The translations under genes and the position numbers were made by a program. Below, in pieces: positions 48,005-52,972 of a stretch of 52,972 nucleotides of DNA; the first letter of the stretch is position 1, and every line of letters starts with the position of its first letter. A model generated the notes under the pieces. The model did no database searches, was not told the origin of the DNA, and saw only the letters and a list, made by a program, of their open reading frames with translations. Source of the stretch: a virus (taxonomy: Duplodnaviria > Caudoviricetes); IMG/VR virus record IMGVR_UViG_3300020420_000019, positions 1 to 52,972 of that record; one strand, given 5' to 3'.

Positions 48005-48345
48005 CAAACTCTTGGAGTTTATTAGCACATCATCTTGAAGGAACTATGGACGAAGTATTCCCAATTAAAACTCAGTTCAAATACAATGAAGATGAGATCT
48101 TAGACAGTATCAAAGAGTATATTGGAAAAACATATTCCAAACATTACTCTAATAAAATACAAACTTTAGATCTCATTGATTCTGTTGGTGATGCATCTGC
48201 ATTCTGTAGAAGCAACATACTAAAGTATGCTTCAAGATATGACAAGAAAGGCACACCAAAGCTTGACATTCAGAAGATAATACACTATGCTGTATTATTA
48301 TACCACTTTGAAGGATTAGACAACGATGGATATGAAACTATCTGA
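47992..48345 (+). CDS. DUF3310-like protein
   Basis: HY...FCRSNILKYASRYDKKG...DIQKIIHY resembles DUF3310. Start may be ATG 48001. Confidence 0.65.
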   Translation: MAFMTNSWSLLAHHLEGTMDEVFPIKTQFKYNEDEILDSIKEYIGKTYSKHYSNKIQTLDLIDSVGDASAFCRSNILKYASRYDKKGTPKLDIQKIIHYAVLLYHFEGLDNDGYETI

Positions 48346-49000
48346 AAAAACTATCGACCTGCTAGAGAATTTCTCTTCAATCAACCAATCTATCTTAGTA
48401 AAGAAAGGTTCTAAACTTCGCACTATTAGTGTGATGAAAAACATACTTGCTGAGGCAGATGTTGATGAGAACTTTGAGAGAGATTTTGGTATCTATGATT
48501 TACCACAATTCTTAAATGGTGTAAGTCTCATGAGAGATCCAGACTTGGATTTAAAGAATGAAACTTACATGATTATTAGAGAAGGTATGTCAACCAAAGT
48601 TAAATTTGCGTTTGCAGATCCAGAAGTTATCATCGCACCTCCAGAGAAACCAATTACTCTACCATCATCTGATGTATCCTTCCAGATTGACAGTGATCAA
48701 TTAAGTAAATTAATTAAAGCATCTGCTGTTTATCAGTTACCAGATCTATCAGTCATAGGTGATGGAACGACCTGTACTATATTAGTATCTGATCGTAAGA
48801 ATGATAACTCTAATGAGTATTCTCTAACTGTTGGTGAGACAGACAAATCATTTGAATTTAATTTCAAAATAGAAAACATTAAACTGATACCAGGTTCATA
48901 CAATGTAGAAATTTCTAGACAACTACTTGCTAAATTTACAAATAGCAATTATAATCTAGACTACTACATCGCACTAGAACCAGATTCACAATACGAGTAA
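48326..49000 (+). CDS. gp45: DNA polymerase sliding clamp gp45
   Basis: LENFSSINQSI, FGIYDLPQFL, YYIALEPDS. Confidence 0.95.
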   Translation: MDMKLSEKTIDLLENFSSINQSILVKKGSKLRTISVMKNILAEADVDENFERDFGIYDLPQFLNGVSLMRDPDLDLKNETYMIIREGMSTKVKFAFADPEVIIAPPEKPITLPSSDVSFQIDSDQLSKLIKASAVYQLPDLSVIGDGTTCTILVSDRKNDNSNEYSLTVGETDKSFEFNFKIENIKLIPGSYNVEISRQLLAKFTNSNYNLDYYIALEPDSQYE

Positions 49001-49194
49001 TGTTTAAACAAACAAGTGATGAACCTTATGACAGGCATCATTACAAAATAGTTTCTAAACATTATGCTACTTTTATTGTAAAATCTTGGGACGAAGTTCA
49101 AGAGTGGTGGTGGAATCACTGTAATATGATTAACTTTGATGCAGTGGTAGAAGTCCTAGACAAACCAAAACCAAAATCTAAAGGATTTAACTAA
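49000..49194 (+). CDS. Small hypothetical protein
   Basis: FKQTSDEPYDRHHYK, VEVLD..KGF; TAATG overlaps at both ends. Confidence 0.7.
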   Translation: MFKQTSDEPYDRHHYKIVSKHYATFIVKSWDEVQEWWWNHCNMINFDAVVEVLDKPKPKSKGFN

Positions 49195-49652
49195 TGAAGG
49201 AATTTGATTATGACCTCGATTATAAAGGACTTGACTTTACAGACGAGGAAACTCGTAAACTATATCGTATCGGAAGAGGGGAGCAAGGGGTTCTACTGGT
49301 TCGCCCTTATACTGACGATATATGTGCTCATTGGAGATTTAAGACACCACAGATTGCAGTAGAATCATCTAATCATATCTACGGTATGTACCTTGACTAT
49401 AGAGATGCTAAAGACTTTATAGGTATGGATATGTGTCGTAAGTTTTTAGAGATGGGTTTTACTAGATCAAGAAGATATGCTAACCACAGAGATGGTAAAA
49501 AGTATAAGAATGGTGAAGTCTTACCACAAGAACCAGATCATGCTACATGTGACTTTGCAAAATCTGCAACAATATTTAAACATGTAAGAGACATAGTTGC
49601 AAAGAATACTGACTATGTTAAAATGAGAAAAGAGTGGAGATCTAATGAATGA
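49194..49652 (+). CDS. DUF4385-family protein
   Basis: YRIGRGEQGVLLVRPY, HWRFKTP, GMDMCRKFLEMGFTRSRRYANH. Confidence 0.8.
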   Translation: MKEFDYDLDYKGLDFTDEETRKLYRIGRGEQGVLLVRPYTDDICAHWRFKTPQIAVESSNHIYGMYLDYRDAKDFIGMDMCRKFLEMGFTRSRRYANHRDGKKYKNGEVLPQEPDHATCDFAKSATIFKHVRDIVAKNTDYVKMRKEWRSNE

Positions 49653-50161
49653 ATATTTTTGTGACTTGCCCAGACCCAGTAGAATGTGCTCAGGTATTAC
49701 CTGACAAACATATCGTCAAGATGCCTCTAGAAACATGTCAAATGTTATCTATTGTAGCATCTGACAAATGGGGTCATGGTTTTGGTACACTACCCAAACT
49801 AAACGGTGAACCATACAAGACAGAGAAAGGTGCATTTCGTAATCATCCCTGTACAGTATGGGCACAAAGGCATTTCTATTGGTTGCTAAGACATGGACTT
49901 GCCCTGTGTGCTGAGTATACACACAGATATAATAAGACACACAGTTGTCAATATACTCTGGATGCTGCTTTGCAGATCTTTCCTAAAGATTCATATGAAC
50001 CTTATTGGGCATACGAATTTGTAAGAGCAATGACCGATGAGTTTAAACATGACACAAGCATTAACACTTTTGATGCTTACAAGAATTACATTAGCAGCAA
50101 ACCTTGGGTTACATCTAATTATCTTCGTGACCCATCCAGAAAACCGAATTGGGTATTATGA
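49649..50161 (+). CDS. Pyrimidine-dimer DNA glycosylase/endonuclease V-like family protein
   Basis: MNIF..DP..CA...DKHIVKMPLETCQMLS, NHPCTVW, LCAEYTHRY. Confidence 0.7.
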   Translation: MNIFVTCPDPVECAQVLPDKHIVKMPLETCQMLSIVASDKWGHGFGTLPKLNGEPYKTEKGAFRNHPCTVWAQRHFYWLLRHGLALCAEYTHRYNKTHSCQYTLDAALQIFPKDSYEPYWAYEFVRAMTDEFKHDTSINTFDAYKNYISSKPWVTSNYLRDPSRKPNWVL

Positions 50162-50403
50162 TTAATTTACTAGCAGCATGTCCACCAGTATACACATTAC
50201 CTGGTACTTGGAGTGATCCAGAAAAGATTGCCAAATGTACTGAAACCATGATACCCCATGGTAGTTTTAGTGGACTCTCGCCATCTGGACAATTTGCTGC
50301 TATAATAGGTATTACATTAATGGTCTTAGTTGGTATAGGAGTGTATCAAGCATTCTTTGACAATGATAACCTAACTGATCCTTGGGACGAACACGATGAC
50401 TAA
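50158..50403 (+). CDS. psbN: PsbN-like protein with N-terminal extension
   Basis: Single TM followed by GVYQAF..LTDPWDEHDD, resembling PsbN 'YTAFG..LRDPFEEHED'. ATG 50158 overlaps the upstream stop. Confidence 0.7.
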   Translation: MINLLAACPPVYTLPGTWSDPEKIAKCTETMIPHGSFSGLSPSGQFAAIIGITLMVLVGIGVYQAFFDNDNLTDPWDEHDD

Positions 50404-50494
50404 ACTGGTAAGATTTTTAACAATTTTATCAGCAACCGTCTGTTTCTTCCAAGCAATTTCTTTATATTATGAAATCAGACTTTCTTTGGGTTGA
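50396..50494 (+). CDS. Possible 32-aa hydrophobic peptide (not in ORF track)
   Basis: MTKLVRFLTILSATVCFFQAISLYYEIRLSLG bridges the psbN-like gene and gp44. Confidence 0.35.
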   Translation: MTKLVRFLTILSATVCFFQAISLYYEIRLSLG

Positions 50495-51413
50495 GAAGTA
50501 TCGACCTAAAACTATTGAACATTGTATTCTCCCTGAGAGTATCAAACAAACATTCAAAGACTTTTTAAAAGAGGGAGAGATTCCCAACCTTCTCTTAACA
50601 GGTCCTGCAGGTGTTGGTAAAACTACAGTTGCAAAAGCATTGTGTGAACAATTAGGTTGTGATTATATTTTAATCAATGGGTCTGATGAAGGTAGATTTC
50701 TTGACACAGTAAGAGGACAGGCAAAGAATTTTGCTTCTACTATGTCATTACTACCAACAACAAAACATAAAGTAATTATTATTGACGAGGCAGATAATAC
50801 AACACATGATGTACAGTTATTATTGAGAAGTAATATAGAAGCATTCCATAAGAACTGTAGATTTATTTTTACATGTAACTATAAGAACAAAATTATTGAA
50901 CCATTACATTCAAGATGTTCTGTAGTTGAGTTCTCAATCAAAGGTAAACAGAAAGCAGAGATTCAAGTAGCATTCTTCCAGAGAGTTGTAGGAATACTTA
51001 CAGCAGAGAATATTGACTTTGATAAGAAAGTTCTCTTACAATTAATCAACAAACATTTTCCAGATTGGAGAAGAGTATTAAATGAGTTGCAAAGATATTC
51101 TGTTTCTGGTAAAATAGATACTGCGATACTAGCAGAATTTACTGATGCAAGAGTTGATGATCTGATTAGAACTCTTAAAGCAAAAGACTTTCCTGCAGTT
51201 AGAAAATGGGTGGTGTCGAACTTGGACAATGACCCATCTGTTTTATTGCGTAAAGTCTATGATGCTATGTACAGTAACTTAGATGGTCCTAGTATCGCTG
51301 CTGCGGTATTGATTATCGCAAAGTATCAATACCAGATAGCATTTGTTGCTGACCAAGAGATCAATCTCTTAGCAGCACTAACAGAAATAATGGTGGAGTG
51401 TGAATTCAAATGA
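50469..51413 (+). CDS. gp44: Clamp loader large subunit gp44
   Basis: LWVEKYRP, GPAGVGKTT, IIDEAD, PLHSRC. Confidence 0.96.
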   Translation: MKSDFLWVEKYRPKTIEHCILPESIKQTFKDFLKEGEIPNLLLTGPAGVGKTTVAKALCEQLGCDYILINGSDEGRFLDTVRGQAKNFASTMSLLPTTKHKVIIIDEADNTTHDVQLLLRSNIEAFHKNCRFIFTCNYKNKIIEPLHSRCSVVEFSIKGKQKAEIQVAFFQRVVGILTAENIDFDKKVLLQLINKHFPDWRRVLNELQRYSVSGKIDTAILAEFTDARVDDLIRTLKAKDFPAVRKWVVSNLDNDPSVLLRKVYDAMYSNLDGPSIAAAVLIIAKYQYQIAFVADQEINLLAALTEIMVECEFK

Positions 51414-52120
51414 TTGATTTATGGGGAAACAAAGTAAGTGAATCTTTGTGGGTTATAGAAGGTGAATATTGTAAGAGAGGAATAGGAAACAGCTTCTTTC
51501 ATGCAACGATTGTTGAGGAAGGTCATCCAGATGCAGTAGAATATAAACCTTTAATGAAATTTGGTGTGAAGTGGCCAGACTATTATGTTTGTGCTGAAGG
51601 TAAATATTTAAGTATGAAGTTTGGTAGAACTACACAATTTCCTAGAATATCAGATTACACTAAAAAACAATACCCTAGTAAAGGAGCCCCAGATTATCTG
51701 CATGCTCTTAAATTTAGTATGTCGCAACCACATGCTGTTGCAGAACAACTTATGCCAGGATATAAATTTACATCCCAATCAAATAGTCAGCAAGGTAAGT
51801 TAAAGAAAAATGTTAATATAGGTGTATCATATCATAGAGGAGTAAAGGAAACTTTTCATCCATTAGATGATGGATACTATAGTGAACTAGGTATACCTAA
51901 AGAAGAATGGGAAGCAGCACCAACAATGGCAAAGTTAATTAAAGAGATGGTATTTGTAGATCATATAGATACATGCACCAACAACAACAATATAACTAAT
52001 CTTAGATATACTACTCCAAGAGGCAATAATCCTTATGTCAAATACCATCAGGGTATTACTGATGTAAAACCCAAGATACCATATGAAGATGGTAAAAAAT
52101 ACAAGAGGTTAGATTCATGA
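51410..52120 (+). CDS. Free-standing HNH endonuclease (putative homing endonuclease)
   Basis: VDHIDTCTNNNNITNLRYTTPRGN fits DHID-x-N-x-NL-x-N; YYVCAEGKYLS is NUMOD4-like. Confidence 0.7.
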   Translation: MIDLWGNKVSESLWVIEGEYCKRGIGNSFFHATIVEEGHPDAVEYKPLMKFGVKWPDYYVCAEGKYLSMKFGRTTQFPRISDYTKKQYPSKGAPDYLHALKFSMSQPHAVAEQLMPGYKFTSQSNSQQGKLKKNVNIGVSYHRGVKETFHPLDDGYYSELGIPKEEWEAAPTMAKLIKEMVFVDHIDTCTNNNNITNLRYTTPRGNNPYVKYHQGITDVKPKIPYEDGKKYKRLDS

Positions 52121-52959
52121 AAGCATTAAAAACACCACTAAGATATCCTGGCGGTAAGTCTCGTGCCTGTACAAAACTAGCAACAGTTTTTCCAGACCTA
52201 AGTAAATTCAAAGAATATAGAGAACCATTTCTAGGAGGTGGTTCTGTTGCACTATATGTCACTAAGATGTATCCTCATCTCAATGTATGGGTAAATGATT
52301 TATATGTACCTTTAATTAATTTCTGGAAAGAATTACAGCATGATGGTCAAGGATTACAGGACTTACTCTGGTCAACAAAAAACCTGTATCCAGATAGAGA
52401 TACTGCTAAAGAATTATTCATTCAATCAAAGGAAGATTTAAACGATGAAAAATTGTCGAATCAAAAAAGAGCAGCTGCTTTCTATATTGTTAATAAGTGT
52501 TCTTTCTCTGGTCTTACTGAAGCATCGTCCTTCTCTCCTCAAGCATCAGAATCTAATTTCTCCTACAGAGGAATTGAAAAACTAGCAGCATATGGTAAGT
52601 TGATAGAGAACTGGCATATTACAGGTGCTGATTGGTCAGATTTATTATCAGACAATAAAGATACTTTTGTATATCTAGATCCTCCTTATGAGATCAAAGA
52701 TAACTTATATGGTGGTAAGAAAGGAGATCTACATAAAAGATTCAGTCATGATTATTTTGCTACCATGTGTGACAAATATACAGCAACACAATTAATATCA
52801 TACAACAGTAGTCAACTAATTAAAGATAGATTTAATAACTGGTATTCCACAGAATTTGATCATACATATACTATGAGATCTGTTGGTGAGTATATGAAAG
52901 AACAACAGGGTCGAAAAGAACTTTTAGTTTTTAATTATGAAAATACTAGGTCTTCATAG
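52117..52959 (+). CDS. dam: Dam-type (D12 class) N6-adenine DNA methyltransferase
   Basis: LRYPGGKS, EPFLGGGSV, VND, YLDPPY, ELLVFNY. Confidence 0.9.
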   Translation: MKALKTPLRYPGGKSRACTKLATVFPDLSKFKEYREPFLGGGSVALYVTKMYPHLNVWVNDLYVPLINFWKELQHDGQGLQDLLWSTKNLYPDRDTAKELFIQSKEDLNDEKLSNQKRAAAFYIVNKCSFSGLTEASSFSPQASESNFSYRGIEKLAAYGKLIENWHITGADWSDLLSDNKDTFVYLDPPYEIKDNLYGGKKGDLHKRFSHDYFATMCDKYTATQLISYNSSQLIKDRFNNWYSTEFDHTYTMRSVGEYMKEQQGRKELLVFNYENTRSS

Positions 52960-52972
52960 TGCTATTGGTTGG
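52937..52972 (+). CDS. Start of next gene (MKILGLHSAIGW...), possibly a carbamoyltransferase; truncated
   Basis: ATG overlaps the dam 3' end. MKILG resembles NodU/CmcH N-termini, but only 12 codons are visible. Confidence 0.3.
   Translation, partial: MKILGLHSAIGW

Noticed and set aside
111-52262. The many other minus-strand and nested alternative-frame ORFs in the track
   Set aside because: All overlap well-supported + strand genes, show no recognisable motifs, and fit stop-poor antisense frames.

Overview
A 53-kb, entirely + strand segment of an AT-rich T4-like marine cyanomyophage (Kyanoviridae; gene order and protein style resemble P-SSM2-type Prochlorococcus/Synechococcus phages). It runs from the 3' part of a giant baseplate wedge gene (gp7-like, open at the left edge) through gp8, a VrlC/DUF4815-like structural protein, a 2297-aa fibre, gp13-16, an accessory island (membrane proteins, two 2OG-Fe(II) oxygenases, a NifU-like protein), gp17-23, gp3, uvsY, uvsW, gp55, gp47, gp46, gp45, a second island (DUF4385, pyrimidine-dimer glycosylase-like, psbN-like), gp44, an HNH endonuclease and a Dam-type methylase. 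T4-type late promoters (TATAAATA and variants) precede the structural genes. No tRNA, rRNA, CRISPR array, intron or intein was recognised. The most interesting signals are: (1) a G-[I/V]-[G/S/T/A]-[T/S] micro-motif repeated through unrelated virion proteins but not noticed in the enzymes (candidate modification sequon); (2) four-deep nested domain insertion in gp7; (3) a polyproline plus protamine-like Arg tract in the VrlC-like protein; (4) a near-consensus antisense sigma70 promoter overlapping the gp55 promoter; (5) strong avoidance of GCTGG/CCAGC; (6) a NifU-like protein with two CxxC motifs; (7) an N-terminally extended PsbN. All calls come from motif recognition and synteny by eye; no database search was run.
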